DNA of 64,000 nt from Alphaproteobacteria bacterium (GTDB taxonomy: Bacteria; Pseudomonadota; Alphaproteobacteria; SP197), in the NCBI GenBank assembly GCA_965228895.1, contig OZ245842.1:1376001-1440000 (forward strand), read 5' to 3'. Under the pieces are notes generated by a model. The model searched no databases. It was not told where the DNA came from and was given only the letters and a program-made list of their open reading frames with translations. This document shows, one piece after another, positions 20,897 through 31,087 of this stretch. The translations under genes and the position numbers were made by a program. The stretch's first letter is position 1, and every line of letters starts with the position of its first letter.

Positions 20897-21415
20897 TCAG
20901 TCGACTGACTTCCAACGGGCGTGGTTAGGGTCTCGCAGTTTTCTCACGGCGTTTTCTACCGTCGACGCCTGCACACTGGCGCGTCGATGCAGCTTGCGCA
21001 GCTTCTCAACCGCTTCGTCGCGTGCGGCATCATGGGAGTCGAGGTGCCTTTCAATGTCATCGATGACGTCTTCGGCACCCAAAACGAGATCGCGCATGTC
21101 GAGAACGGGGCGGACGACCTCGAGGTCCGGCAATTGCGCAATGTGAACCTCGCGTAGAGCCTCACCAGCATTCCTGAACGCCGCGGCGTTGTAGCTCTCC
21201 CGGTAGTAGCGTGCCATCGACTCGTCATGCCCGTCGCACAACTGGACCTTGGCCTCATCGATCAGGTGCATGGCGCTGTCCACGATCGAGGCCACGGTTT
21301 CCAATAGGCGTGCATCGTCCTGTCGCTGGACATGCGCAGACCGTCGCACAACCAGCCAATGGGAAAACCAGGCAACACCGACGGCAACGATTGCCGTCAA
21401 GATCATGGCACTCAA
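20897..21415 (-). CDS. hypothetical protein with N-terminal membrane anchor
   Basis: Hydrophobic N-terminus then helical charged sequence; GAGGTG upstream; fills the gap between TetR and SDR. Confidence 0.55.
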   Translation of the reverse strand: MSAMILTAIVAVGVAWFSHWLVVRRSAHVQRQDDARLLETVASIVDSAMHLIDEAKVQLCDGHDESMARYYRESYNAAAFRNAGEALREVHIAQLPDLEVVRPVLDMRDLVLGAEDVIDDIERHLDSHDAARDEAVEKLRKLHRRASVQASTVENAVRKLRDPNHARWKSVD

Positions 21416-21591
21416 GGATCTAGCTCCCGATCACCACCTCAATTGGTTCAGAGACCATCATGATCATGCGCCTTCTGGTAGAACGCAAGTCGGGCAGGAT
21501 AAGGCGTTCGCGTTGCGGCCATCGTTCTGTTCTCGTGCTACGTTGCCATCGGACGATCCTATGACGGAGCTGGAGCAGAAGGAGGGCCGCC

Positions 21592-22362
21592 ATGCAGTTC
21601 AATTTTGCCGACAAGCGCGTGTTGGTCACCGGAGGAACGCGCGGCATCGGAAATGCCACCGTCGCGGCTTTTCTTGACGCTGGCGCGCGTGTCGCCGTCA
21701 ATGGGCGGACGGCCGACTCAACGGCTTCGGCCATGGCGGTTCTCGGCCATGGTGACCGGCTGTTCCCCGCGCCCGGCGATATCGGAACTGTGGCCGGTTG
21801 TGAGGCGGCCGTCGGCGCTGCGCTCGACGCTCTGGGCGGCCTTGACGTTCTCGTCAACAGCGCCGGCGTTGGCAAGGATGGACGCATCGAGGATTTCGAT
21901 GAGGCGGCCTGGGATGAGACGCTGGACATCAATCTGAAGGGCACGTTCTTTTGCATCCGAACGGCGCTGCCGGCTCTGCGGAAAAGCAAAGGCAATATCG
22001 TCAACCTGGCTTCTGACGCCGGGCTGATCGGCGACGGGACATTGACGGTCTACAGCGCATCCAAGGGTGGTGTTGTCAACATGACGCGCGCCATGGCGCT
22101 GGAACTGGCGCCCGACATCCGCGTCAACTGCGTTTGTCCCGGCTATGTCGACACCGACATGGTGCGCCGCGACGGCATCGAGCAAGCCGATGATCCCGCC
22201 GCGGCAGAACAGGCGGTGATCGACTACGCGCCGCTCAAGACCCTCGGGAAACCGTCCGAAATTGCCTCGGCGATCCTGTACCTGGCGTCGGAAGATGCGC
22301 GGTTCATCACCGGATCGGCCCTGCAGATCGATGGCGGGTCCACCGCCGGGCACACCAGCTAA
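21592..22362 (+). CDS. SDR family oxidoreductase
   Basis: TGGTRGIG, NSAG, YSASK, NCVCPG; AAGGAGG RBS. Confidence 0.9.
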   Translation: MQFNFADKRVLVTGGTRGIGNATVAAFLDAGARVAVNGRTADSTASAMAVLGHGDRLFPAPGDIGTVAGCEAAVGAALDALGGLDVLVNSAGVGKDGRIEDFDEAAWDETLDINLKGTFFCIRTALPALRKSKGNIVNLASDAGLIGDGTLTVYSASKGGVVNMTRAMALELAPDIRVNCVCPGYVDTDMVRRDGIEQADDPAAAEQAVIDYAPLKTLGKPSEIASAILYLASEDARFITGSALQIDGGSTAGHTS

Positions 22363-22373
22363 AACACGCTCGC

Positions 22374-24080
22374 CTAAGCCACCCACTCGCTGACCGGCGC
22401 GTTGGCCTCGTCAAGCGGCTGACAGGTGACATCGACCAGTGACGGACCGCGATGCGCGATCGCTTCTTTCAGCGTGCCGCGTAGCGCGCGCGGGTCTTCG
22501 ACCGACCAGGCCTTCAGGCCGAAACCCTCGGCGACACGGGCGTGATCGGTGCGGCTGAAGCTGGTGGCGAAAAAGCGGGCGTCATAGCGGTGCCGTTGCC
22601 CGGCGCGGATCCAGCCATAGGTCGCGTTGGCGACAACCACCAGGGTGACCGGCAGATCGAGCCGTACCATGGTTTCCATTTCGCCCGCCGCCATGCCGAA
22701 GCTGCCATCGCCCATGACCGCCACGCACGGCACGTCGGGCCGCGCTGTTTGCGCGCCGATGATGGCCGGCAGCGCATAACCCAGCGCGCCGTGGGCGCGG
22801 TTCGAGATCAGGTGCCGGCCCGCGCGCGGCAGGGTGTAGTAGGCCGAGAAGTAAGGGCAGGGTGTGCCTGGGTCGACGACGACGACACCGTCATCGGGCA
22901 TGACGGCGCGCAGATCGGCGACGAGGCGTTCCGGCCTGATCGGCGTTGCGTCCGCACCGGCCAGCATGTCGAAGGCCGCAAATTTCGCACGCTTTGCTTC
23001 CGCGACGATGGCCTGCGCGCCGGTCTCGACGGCCGGTCCCGCGAGCTCGACCAGGAGTGCCTCCAGGATCAGTCTGACATCGCCGACGATCGCGGCGTCC
23101 GGCTCATAGGTTGCGCCGATCACCGCCGGGTCGATATCGATCTGAACGATCTTGGCTTTGCCAGCGGCCGGGTACTGCCACCGTTCCGTGGTTACCGAAC
23201 CGGCGCGGCAGGTGACGAAGACCACGACGTCGGCCCGTTCGACAACCGCGCGGGTCTCCGGCGTGCCGCCGTTGGAGCCGACGACGCCCAGCGCCAACGG
23301 ATGAGTCTCCGCGATGGCGCCCTGGCCGGTGATGGTGGTCGCGACCGGCGCATCAAGACGTTCGGCAAGCGATTGCAGCACGTCTTCCGCGCCTGATGTC
23401 ACGACGCCGCCGCCGCAGATGAAAATCGGCATCGTGGCGTCGGCCAGCAGGTCGGCGGTACGCGCGATGGCGCGCAGGTCGCCCATCGGCCGTTCCGCCG
23501 GCACCATGCCAAACGCTGGGTCACCCGTGACATCGCCATCATCGACGGGGTCGCGCTGCACGTCGAAGGGCAGACCCAGGTGCACGGCACCCGGTTTGCC
23601 GCATGTCGCTTCCTTAAAGGCGCGACACAGGGTCGCGGGTATGTCGGACGCGCGATCGATGACGTCGTTGTACTTCGTGATCGGTGCGAACAGCGCCTTT
23701 TGATCAAGCTCCGTCAGCGTGAACTTGCCGCGTCCGCTGACCGCGATGTCGGTCGTCATGGCGATCATCGGCACGGACGAATCGTTCGCTTCGGCGATGC
23801 CCGGCAGGATGTACGTCGCGCCGCCGCCGGACGGCCCTTCGCAGATGCCGACCCGGTTGGTCAGGCGCGCGTAGGCGTCCGCCATATAGGCGGCGTGGCG
23901 TTCGTCGCGCGTCAGAATATGCGTGATGCCGTGATCGAGACGCGCCAGCGAGTCGTAGAGCGGCAGGCTGGTGTCGCCGCACAGGCCGAAGACGTGCTGG
24001 ACGCCATGGTGTTGCAGCAGGCGCACGACCGCATCGGCGCCGGTCATCCGGTTATCAAGATCGGGCACGGGCAAACTCAA
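22374..24080 (-). CDS. thiamine-diphosphate-dependent enzyme (acetolactate synthase-like)
   Basis: VFGLCG, TRDERHA (catalytic Glu), GDGSFGM...VVAN ThDP motif; overlaps the upstream stop. Confidence 0.88.
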   Translation of the reverse strand: MSLPVPDLDNRMTGADAVVRLLQHHGVQHVFGLCGDTSLPLYDSLARLDHGITHILTRDERHAAYMADAYARLTNRVGICEGPSGGGATYILPGIAEANDSSVPMIAMTTDIAVSGRGKFTLTELDQKALFAPITKYNDVIDRASDIPATLCRAFKEATCGKPGAVHLGLPFDVQRDPVDDGDVTGDPAFGMVPAERPMGDLRAIARTADLLADATMPIFICGGGVVTSGAEDVLQSLAERLDAPVATTITGQGAIAETHPLALGVVGSNGGTPETRAVVERADVVVFVTCRAGSVTTERWQYPAAGKAKIVQIDIDPAVIGATYEPDAAIVGDVRLILEALLVELAGPAVETGAQAIVAEAKRAKFAAFDMLAGADATPIRPERLVADLRAVMPDDGVVVVDPGTPCPYFSAYYTLPRAGRHLISNRAHGALGYALPAIIGAQTARPDVPCVAVMGDGSFGMAAGEMETMVRLDLPVTLVVVANATYGWIRAGQRHRYDARFFATSFSRTDHARVAEGFGLKAWSVEDPRALRGTLKEAIAHRGPSLVDVTCQPLDEANAPVSEWVA

Positions 24081-25426
24081 ACGGGGGCAAGAACAAGATC
24101 GGCAAGGGTATCCGTATCACCGCTCGACGTGCCGAGCGCGTTGACCGCTTGGTCAACCGCTTCGGCGCGTTCGGCGCCGATGACCGGTGCGGCAAGCGCG
24201 TGGAACTTGTTCTTCATGAACACGTCGTCGAACGGAGCGTCGGGATCGCCGTTGGCGGCGACAAGGTCGGTCGCGAAGCTCTGGCCGTCGCGCAACGTCA
24301 CCTTGGCGCGCGCAAGACGCTCTGCCGGAAAGCGGGCGTTGCAGGCATCGTCTTCGCTGAGCCTAACCACATCGGCAATCCGCGCCACTACCGGGTCGGT
24401 CAGGCCAACGCCGGTAATCTCGGCTGTGCCCAGCGTACCTTTGACCAAGGCTGACGCGACCGGGAAGGGCAGGCTGTATTGCGCCTGCTCCGTGTCGGCG
24501 GGGTGGCGCATGGCAAGGCGGGTCGCCTCATGGAAGGTCGCGACCTCGATCACGTCGATCGTTTCGGCGTCGAACCCATGGCTGCGCTGCAGCTGAAGCG
24601 TCGCCTCGACGGCCGGCTGCGCCCAACGGCAGACCGGATAGGGTTTGACGTACTGGTCGGTCATGTACCAGGTCGCGCCCAGATCGGACCACAGGTGCGC
24701 GAGGTCGTCGGCCTCCGTGGTGATGGCCGGCGCGCCGGTGAAACCGTCGGCTGCCAGATAGGCGGCGGAAACGCCCGCCATCGCGCCCCAGCCGGAGCCG
24801 TCCTTCAACATGGTCGGGTGATCGATACAGCGCATCATCTGGCTACGCGGCCCGTGGTACTCGGCGATGCCCAGAGCGTGGCGCGTCTTCTCGCGGTCGA
24901 GACCCATCAGGCGCGCGCCAAGCGCGGCAATGGCGACGCACGTCCAGGCGCCGGAGGTGTGATAGTCGGGCACGCTGGCGTGAAGCGCGATACCGGCCCG
25001 TGTGCCGATCTCATAACCCAGAACGAAGCAGGTCAAGAACTGACGGTCGTCCATGGCGAGCCCATCGTCGTGATAGGCCAGCAGCGCGGGCAGGACAGCG
25101 ACGCCGATATGACCCTTGGTGTCGCGCATGCCGTCATGGGCGTCGATGGCGTCGATCGTCATGCCGCCGGCCAGCGCCGCGCCGGCCGGGCTCGCCCGCC
25201 GGCCGTCGAACAGGAGCCGGGCCGAGGAGCCGCCGAACATACGGACGGCGTGATCGTGAATGATCCGCGACAGTGGCGTTGTGCGCCCGCTCGCCGAAAC
25301 ACCGATCAGATCGAGCAGGTGGCGCCGCGCGGCATGAACCACGTCATCGGGCAGATCGTCAAAGGTGAGCTCGTGGACGAAGGCCGGAACGTCGAAGGAC
25401 GCTGCCGTTTCAAGTTGGGTCGCCAT
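24077..25426 (-). CDS. MmgE/PrpD family protein
   Basis: DAHDG...GHIG, GYEIG, KPYPVCRWAQ and AQYSLPF motifs. Confidence 0.85.
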   Translation of the reverse strand: MATQLETAASFDVPAFVHELTFDDLPDDVVHAARRHLLDLIGVSASGRTTPLSRIIHDHAVRMFGGSSARLLFDGRRASPAGAALAGGMTIDAIDAHDGMRDTKGHIGVAVLPALLAYHDDGLAMDDRQFLTCFVLGYEIGTRAGIALHASVPDYHTSGAWTCVAIAALGARLMGLDREKTRHALGIAEYHGPRSQMMRCIDHPTMLKDGSGWGAMAGVSAAYLAADGFTGAPAITTEADDLAHLWSDLGATWYMTDQYVKPYPVCRWAQPAVEATLQLQRSHGFDAETIDVIEVATFHEATRLAMRHPADTEQAQYSLPFPVASALVKGTLGTAEITGVGLTDPVVARIADVVRLSEDDACNARFPAERLARAKVTLRDGQSFATDLVAANGDPDAPFDDVFMKNKFHALAAPVIGAERAEAVDQAVNALGTSSGDTDTLADLVLAPV

Positions 25427-25443
25427 GGGCGGGTCGGCCTCCT

Positions 25444-27699
25444 CTATGCGGCGTTGAACACGATATCAAGGCGCTGGATCGATTCGGTTACGGGCAGAAT
25501 AATGCGTCCTTCGGCCGGATCATAGGCCAAGGTGTCTCCCCCTAGCGTTGCGTTGGCGGCTCTCTTGTCGCCAGCAACCGTGATCTCGACCCAGCGATCA
25601 CCGCTTCCGGCGGGGATGAAGACCGAGCAGTCAGTTGCCGTCAGATGCAGGTGGTTCAGTCTGCCGGTCATGTTGGTGGTAAGCGTCAAGCCGTTCTCGG
25701 TTGTTACCGCCAACGTGTCGCCGGTCGCCTCGACTGTCGCGTCGCCGGCAGGCGTCAACATCGGCCCCAGCCGATAGGTCTCGCCGTCGCGCCGCGTCAC
25801 GGTCCAGCCCTGCCACGGGTTGACGTCGGAGAGCTCGGCGGTCGCGACATAGGCCATCAAGGCGCCCCAGGTATAGAAGAGGTCGGTGTCCGGCTGGTCG
25901 TCGGCCTGACCGGATGTGCCATTGAAGTTTTCGCCGCAGATGCGGGCGCGTTCCCAGTTCTCCATGAAGATGCGGTAGCTGGACTCCGCGACCTCGCGCG
26001 CGGCGTCGTCGAGGCCGTAGCGGCGCAGGCCGTAATAGGTCAGGAAGTTCAGCGGCGGCCAGATGCGCCCGCGCCAGTAGACATTGTCGTGGAACGCCGG
26101 GTCGTCGCGGGTCACCGCCGGCAGCATGTGGTCGCCATAGAAGGCGTCGGGGTTCATGAGCCAGCCGTCGACCATCTTCTCGGCCTGCTCGGTCGTCGCC
26201 GCACCGCAGACGAGCGGGAAGAAGCTGGTTGGTGCGATCGAGTCGGTGAACTTGCCGGACCACAGGCGGTTGGCGAAGACCTGCCGGTCATCGTCCCACA
26301 GTTGGTCGCGGATGCGCTCCTTCAGGCCCGTCGTCAGACGTTCCAGACGGTCGGACTCGTCGAGATGGCCCAGCGCACGCGCGATGTGGGCGAGGATCTC
26401 GCCATCCAGCGCGACGAAACTGTTGAGCGCGACGTCCTCGCAATCCAGCGTATGGACGTCCTCCATCAGACGGGCCTCGTCGTGGATCGGCGAGTTGTCC
26501 ATCATGGACTCGTCCTTGGCCGCGAGCTTGGTGCCGCGGTAGAGCCCGGTACCGACCGGCGAGGTGCCGAATTCCAACAGGCCGTTCTTGTTGCCGTCAC
26601 GCTCGCGCCACCACCAATCGTGGTTGCTCTTCAAGACCGGCCAGGCGTCCTCCAAAAAACGCCGGTCGCCGGTTCTCAGATAGTGGCACCAGGTGGTGAA
26701 ACCGACGACGGGCGGCTGCGAGCGGTCGATCCAGCTGTCGTTACCGGTCAGCAGACAGGGCAGGTTGCCAGCCTCGGCAACGCCGTCGAACACGGCTTTT
26801 TGGTTCTCGTGACCGAGATCGGCGTCGAACAGGCTGCCCATCATGCCGTGGTAGACGACATCGTTAAGCCAGACGCCCCAGCCGCCAAACTTCTGGGCGA
26901 CCCAGTTGCGGCTGAGCGAGGTGTACGGCCGGCCGTTGTGGCGATCCCAAACCGTGTTCCAGGCGACGCAGTCGCGCACCGCATCGAGCGCGCCGGCGAA
27001 CTGACCGGTGTGATGTGCTGCCATGGGTAGAGGTTGCGATACCTGCAAGGCTTTGGTCAGCTTGGCGGAGGCTTCCTTGCGGGTTGGCGCGTGGGTCAGC
27101 GCGACCTCGAATTCGGCCATTTCTTCGAGGTTGTAGCGGAGAACGCCGAGCGGCCCGTTGGTGCCGCGTGACGCCAGGTAGAAGTATCCCTTTTCTTCGT
27201 ACTCCTGCTTCAGGTCGTCGAAGCTCCTGTGAAACGTCGCCATCAAGGGAAAGTGCGGGCCGCGCACGACGATGTCGCCGTGACCGGTCCATAGCGCCAT
27301 CTCGGTGGAGTCGGGGTCGTAGGACCAGACGTGTTCGCCGTCATGGGCATGCTCGTCGCGCCAAAGGCAGACCAGAAGCCAGAAACGAAGGCCCCATTCG
27401 CCGAACGCGAGCGTCTTCCAGCCGATCTTGAGAACGTCGTTGTCGTCCTTTGACAAACGCACGGCGATCTTGGTGCCCGCATGCTCGATATCGATGGCGA
27501 TGTCGGTGGCATCGACGGTCCGCGGCCCCAAGGTGACGCCGTTGCGGTGACCGGGCGGCAGTCGCGTGAAGGTGCCGGTGGCATCGGAATAGGCGGCAAG
27601 ACCGACATGGACGCCGGTGGGCAGGTGCACGAGTTCGGCCGGATAGACCGCATCCCACGTGTTCCACGCGCGATGGTCGGGAACGGGCCGGTCGCTCAT
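25444..27699 (-). CDS. (alpha/alpha)6 glycoside hydrolase, GH63/MGH1-trehalase-like
   Basis: RSQPP, ESMMDNSP (general-acid Asp), YWRGRIW and ENF (general-base Glu) as in GH63/GH37. Confidence 0.78.
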   Translation of the reverse strand: MSDRPVPDHRAWNTWDAVYPAELVHLPTGVHVGLAAYSDATGTFTRLPPGHRNGVTLGPRTVDATDIAIDIEHAGTKIAVRLSKDDNDVLKIGWKTLAFGEWGLRFWLLVCLWRDEHAHDGEHVWSYDPDSTEMALWTGHGDIVVRGPHFPLMATFHRSFDDLKQEYEEKGYFYLASRGTNGPLGVLRYNLEEMAEFEVALTHAPTRKEASAKLTKALQVSQPLPMAAHHTGQFAGALDAVRDCVAWNTVWDRHNGRPYTSLSRNWVAQKFGGWGVWLNDVVYHGMMGSLFDADLGHENQKAVFDGVAEAGNLPCLLTGNDSWIDRSQPPVVGFTTWCHYLRTGDRRFLEDAWPVLKSNHDWWWRERDGNKNGLLEFGTSPVGTGLYRGTKLAAKDESMMDNSPIHDEARLMEDVHTLDCEDVALNSFVALDGEILAHIARALGHLDESDRLERLTTGLKERIRDQLWDDDRQVFANRLWSGKFTDSIAPTSFFPLVCGAATTEQAEKMVDGWLMNPDAFYGDHMLPAVTRDDPAFHDNVYWRGRIWPPLNFLTYYGLRRYGLDDAAREVAESSYRIFMENWERARICGENFNGTSGQADDQPDTDLFYTWGALMAYVATAELSDVNPWQGWTVTRRDGETYRLGPMLTPAGDATVEATGDTLAVTTENGLTLTTNMTGRLNHLHLTATDCSVFIPAGSGDRWVEITVAGDKRAANATLGGDTLAYDPAEGRIILPVTESIQRLDIVFNAA

Positions 27700-28301
27700 G
27701 ACACCGTCCAGTTAGCGAGGATCTCATCGGTTGTGCCGATTTCGATCTGGTCTTCGAACCGGCGGTAGACATGATCCATCGTCGCCGCGTGGGACACGGG
27801 ATTGGAGCTGTGCACGGCGTCGGAAGGGATGATGACGCGGTAACCGTAGTCCATCGCATCCATCACGGTAGCGAGGACGCAGACATCGGTCTCGACGCCG
27901 GTACAAATGAGAGTTTGGCAGGACATGTCATCCAACATCGCGCGGAACGCCTCGGTCTTGAAGATGGAATAGGTCGGTTTATCGACGACCAGCGCGGGCG
28001 GCACGAAGTGGACGAGGTCGTCGACGACGTCGATCATTGCGCCATCCATCACCGCCGTCGTCACGCTGGTCCAGCGCTCGTAATAGGCACGCCAGTGGCC
28101 GGTGGCGTCGCCGGGATGTTCAGGGGTCGTGAAGCGCGTGAAGATAGAGCGTGACGGCGCATGCTCGGTCAGGCGCACGATCTGCGGCAGGATGTCGGCA
28201 ATCGACGGCGTATGCCAGACGGTCTCGTCGGCGAACAGACGCTGGATATCGATACAGACATGAACGGCATCAGGTCCGATGGGTTTGACCTCTTGCCTCA
28301 T
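27696..28301 (-). CDS. cysteine hydrolase (isochorismatase/nicotinamidase family)
   Basis: IDIQ, DKPTYS, GVETDVCV (Asp-Lys-Cys triad). Confidence 0.85.
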   Translation of the reverse strand: MRQEVKPIGPDAVHVCIDIQRLFADETVWHTPSIADILPQIVRLTEHAPSRSIFTRFTTPEHPGDATGHWRAYYERWTSVTTAVMDGAMIDVVDDLVHFVPPALVVDKPTYSIFKTEAFRAMLDDMSCQTLICTGVETDVCVLATVMDAMDYGYRVIIPSDAVHSSNPVSHAATMDHVYRRFEDQIEIGTTDEILANWTVS

Positions 28302-29353
28302 TCAACGACCACCGTGTGATCGGGCGACCAGGTCAGGCTGACGGTCTCGCCTGGTTGGAACAGGCTGGTTTCGCGGTTTTGCTGGAAGACGCGGAACTCC
28401 TGCGCACCGGCTTCGACCAGATAGGTGACGCTGCTGCCGGAATAGACGGCCTGGCGTACGGTGCCGGTCAGCGCGTTCATGGCGCCGGGCGCCGGATCGC
28501 CGGCGCTGACATGGAACTTCTCGGGCCTAACAGCAAGCGTCACCCCGGCGCCTGCTGCCGGCAGGGCGCCGCTCGTGCGAATGGTGCCGAACGGCGTTTC
28601 GCCGACCGCGCCGTCGCCGGCGCTCTTGCCTTCGATGAAGTTCGCATCGCCCAGGAAACTCGCGGCGAAGCGCGTTCGCGGGTGCTCATAGATATCATCG
28701 GGTTCGCCGACCTGGACCAGCTTGCCCTCGTTAATAATCGCGATCCGGTCAGCCAGAGTCAGCGCCTCTTCCTGATCGTGGGTGACGAAGATCGTCGTGA
28801 TGCCGACCTTCTGCTGGATTTGACGCAGTTCGATCTGCATGTCCTGGCGCAGACGTTTGTCGAGCGCGCCAAGGGGTTCGTCGAGCAACAGCACCTTGGG
28901 ATCGGTAACCAAGGCGCGGGCCAACGCGATGCGCTGCTGCTGGCCGCCGGACAATTGACGTGGCTTGCGCTCCTCCATGCCGGCGAGCTGGACTAGTTCC
29001 AGCATTTGGCGCACGCGATCGGCGATCTCGCTCTTGGAGACACCGCGCACCGACAAACCGAACGCGACGTTGTCGAACACCGTCATGTGCGGGAACAATG
29101 CATAGTTCTGGAACACCATGCCGATATTGCGCCGGTGCGCGGGAATATGTTCGACCGACACGCCGTCGATGGTGATCTCGCCACTGTCTTGTTCCACGAA
29201 CCCGGCGATCGCGCGCAGCAGGGTCGTCTTGCCGCTGCCGCTGGGTCCCAGAAGGGCGTAGAACGAGCCGTCGGGGAAGTTCAGTGACACATCGTCAAGC
29301 GCCGCGACGTCGCCATAGAACTTGTTGACGTGTTTCGCTTCGACCGCGCTCAT
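28298..29353 (-). CDS. ABC importer ATP-binding subunit (PotA-like)
   Basis: GPSGSGKT, VFQNYALFPH, LSGGQQQR, C-terminal TOBE-like domain. Confidence 0.92.
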   Translation of the reverse strand: MSAVEAKHVNKFYGDVAALDDVSLNFPDGSFYALLGPSGSGKTTLLRAIAGFVEQDSGEITIDGVSVEHIPAHRRNIGMVFQNYALFPHMTVFDNVAFGLSVRGVSKSEIADRVRQMLELVQLAGMEERKPRQLSGGQQQRIALARALVTDPKVLLLDEPLGALDKRLRQDMQIELRQIQQKVGITTIFVTHDQEEALTLADRIAIINEGKLVQVGEPDDIYEHPRTRFAASFLGDANFIEGKSAGDGAVGETPFGTIRTSGALPAAGAGVTLAVRPEKFHVSAGDPAPGAMNALTGTVRQAVYSGSSVTYLVEAGAQEFRVFQQNRETSLFQPGETVSLTWSPDHTVVVE

Positions 29354-30141
29354 CGTTCACCACCGAAGCGAGAAAAGCGGGCGAACAAGAGAAGCAGGCC
29401 CATCGAGAAAAAGATGACGATGGTCGAAATGGCGTTGACCTCCGGCGTGAAGCCCTTGCGGATCGCCGAATAGATCTCGACGGGCAAGGTCGAGACGCCG
29501 GGCGGCGCAAGAAAATAGGAAATGACGAACTGATCGAACGATACGGCAAACGCGAACAGCGACGCCGCGACGATGCCCGGCGCCATCAAAGGAACGCTTA
29601 CCCGCAGGAACCGTTGAAGCGGTGTCGCGCCCAGGCTGGCCGCGGCCTCTTCCAACTCCGGCCCGAAGCTGGCCAGCCGGGCGCCGACCACGACGATGAC
29701 ATAGGGCAGGGAGAGCGCGACATGACCGAGCAGCATCGCGTGCAGGCCGCGCCCGATACCGGTCCAGAAGAACATGATCAGCATCGACGTGCCGATGATG
29801 AGCCAGGGAATGGTGATCGGTGGAAACAGAAGCAGTTGCAGGATCGTGCGGCCGCGGAACCGGTAGCGGGCAAAGGCAAAGGCCGCCATCGTGCCCAGCG
29901 TCGTCGCAATCACCGTGTTGGCCAGCGCGACCCACAGGCTGTTGAGACCGGCCGTGATCAGCCGGTCGTTGCCGGCGAGCTCGCCATACCATTTGAAGGT
30001 GCCGCGTATCGGCAATTCGTAGAGCACGGATTCGTTGAAGCTCATCAGAGCCAACACAAAAATCGGCAGGTACAGGAAGATCAGCACCAGCACCAGGAAC
30101 GACCGGCCCACCCAGTCCCATGTCCGCGCCGTCACCCTCAT
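29350..30141 (-). CDS. ABC importer permease (PotC-like)
   Basis: FLYLPI..LALMSFN, EEAAASLGA EAA loop, SFD.FVI. Confidence 0.9.
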   Translation of the reverse strand: MRVTARTWDWVGRSFLVLVLIFLYLPIFVLALMSFNESVLYELPIRGTFKWYGELAGNDRLITAGLNSLWVALANTVIATTLGTMAAFAFARYRFRGRTILQLLLFPPITIPWLIIGTSMLIMFFWTGIGRGLHAMLLGHVALSLPYVIVVVGARLASFGPELEEAAASLGATPLQRFLRVSVPLMAPGIVAASLFAFAVSFDQFVISYFLAPPGVSTLPVEIYSAIRKGFTPEVNAISTIVIFFSMGLLLLFARFSRFGGER

Positions 30142-31001
30142 GCCGCCCTCAGATTGTTGCGCAGGAGCGGGTAGGAGACGCCCAGAATGATCAGGACGAT
30201 GGCGAGCAGCACGAAGGAGAGCGCCGCGCCCAGGGGCCAGTTGAAGACGACCGTGAACTGGTCTTCGATCACCGTGCCCAGCATGGTGCCCTGACGCCCG
30301 CCCAGGATGCGCGGTTCGAAGAACGAGCCGATCACCGGCACGAAGATCAGGATGGCGCCTGCCGCCAGCCCCGGTACGGCGAGCGGCAGGATGATGCGCC
30401 GCAGGATCGTGAAGGCGGACGCGCCGAGACTGCGCGCGGCCTCGATCAAGCTGTCGTCGATCGCCTGCAGCGACAAATAGCAGGTCAGAATCATATAGGG
30501 CAGGTAGGAGTGGACCAGGCCGATGATGATGGCGTTATAGGAATCGGCGAGGTCCAGCACCGGCAAGCCGGGCGCGACAATATGAATGGCGCTGTCGAGG
30601 ATGCCCTCCGGCCTCAGGACGATCGTCCACGAGAACACGCGCACCAGCGCGTTGCTCCAGAACGGCAGCACGACCAGAAGAAACAGCGCCTCGCGCCAGC
30701 GCCCGGGGACCCGCTTGGCGAGCACATAGGCGGTCGGAAAGCCGATCAGAATGCAGATAAGCGTGACGTGGAAACCCATCTTCAAGCTGCGCCACGTCAG
30801 ATCGTGCAGATAGGCCTTTTCGAAGAACGCGCCGTAGTTTTCCAGCGTCAGTTCAGGTTGCCGGTTGCCGAATGGGGCGTCCGTCAAGAAGCTGAAATAG
30901 AGCATGGCCGAGAGCGGCAAAAAAATGGTCAGCGTCAACCACAGATAGGCGGGCGCGGTCAGTCCGAAGACGGCCCAACGTCGACGCGTATCAACTCTCA
31001 C
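30138..31001 (-). CDS. ABC importer permease (PotB-like)
   Basis: LPFWSN.LVR, EAARSLGA, NWPLGAALS. Confidence 0.9.
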   Translation of the reverse strand: MRVDTRRRWAVFGLTAPAYLWLTLTIFLPLSAMLYFSFLTDAPFGNRQPELTLENYGAFFEKAYLHDLTWRSLKMGFHVTLICILIGFPTAYVLAKRVPGRWREALFLLVVLPFWSNALVRVFSWTIVLRPEGILDSAIHIVAPGLPVLDLADSYNAIIIGLVHSYLPYMILTCYLSLQAIDDSLIEAARSLGASAFTILRRIILPLAVPGLAAGAILIFVPVIGSFFEPRILGGRQGTMLGTVIEDQFTVVFNWPLGAALSFVLLAIVLIILGVSYPLLRNNLRAA

Positions 31002-31039
31002 GTTCTCGCCGCCCCCTCAGCGCATCAAGAAGAGAAGGG

Positions 31040-31075
31040 GGGAGAGGGCGCAGCCCCTGGGCGCCACCCTCTCCC
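31040..31075 (-). terminator. intercistronic stem-loop after the solute-binding protein gene
   Basis: GGGAGAGGG/CCCTCTCCC arms followed on the minus strand by a pyrimidine run. Confidence 0.55.
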
Positions 31076-31087
31076 TCGTCACCGCCC

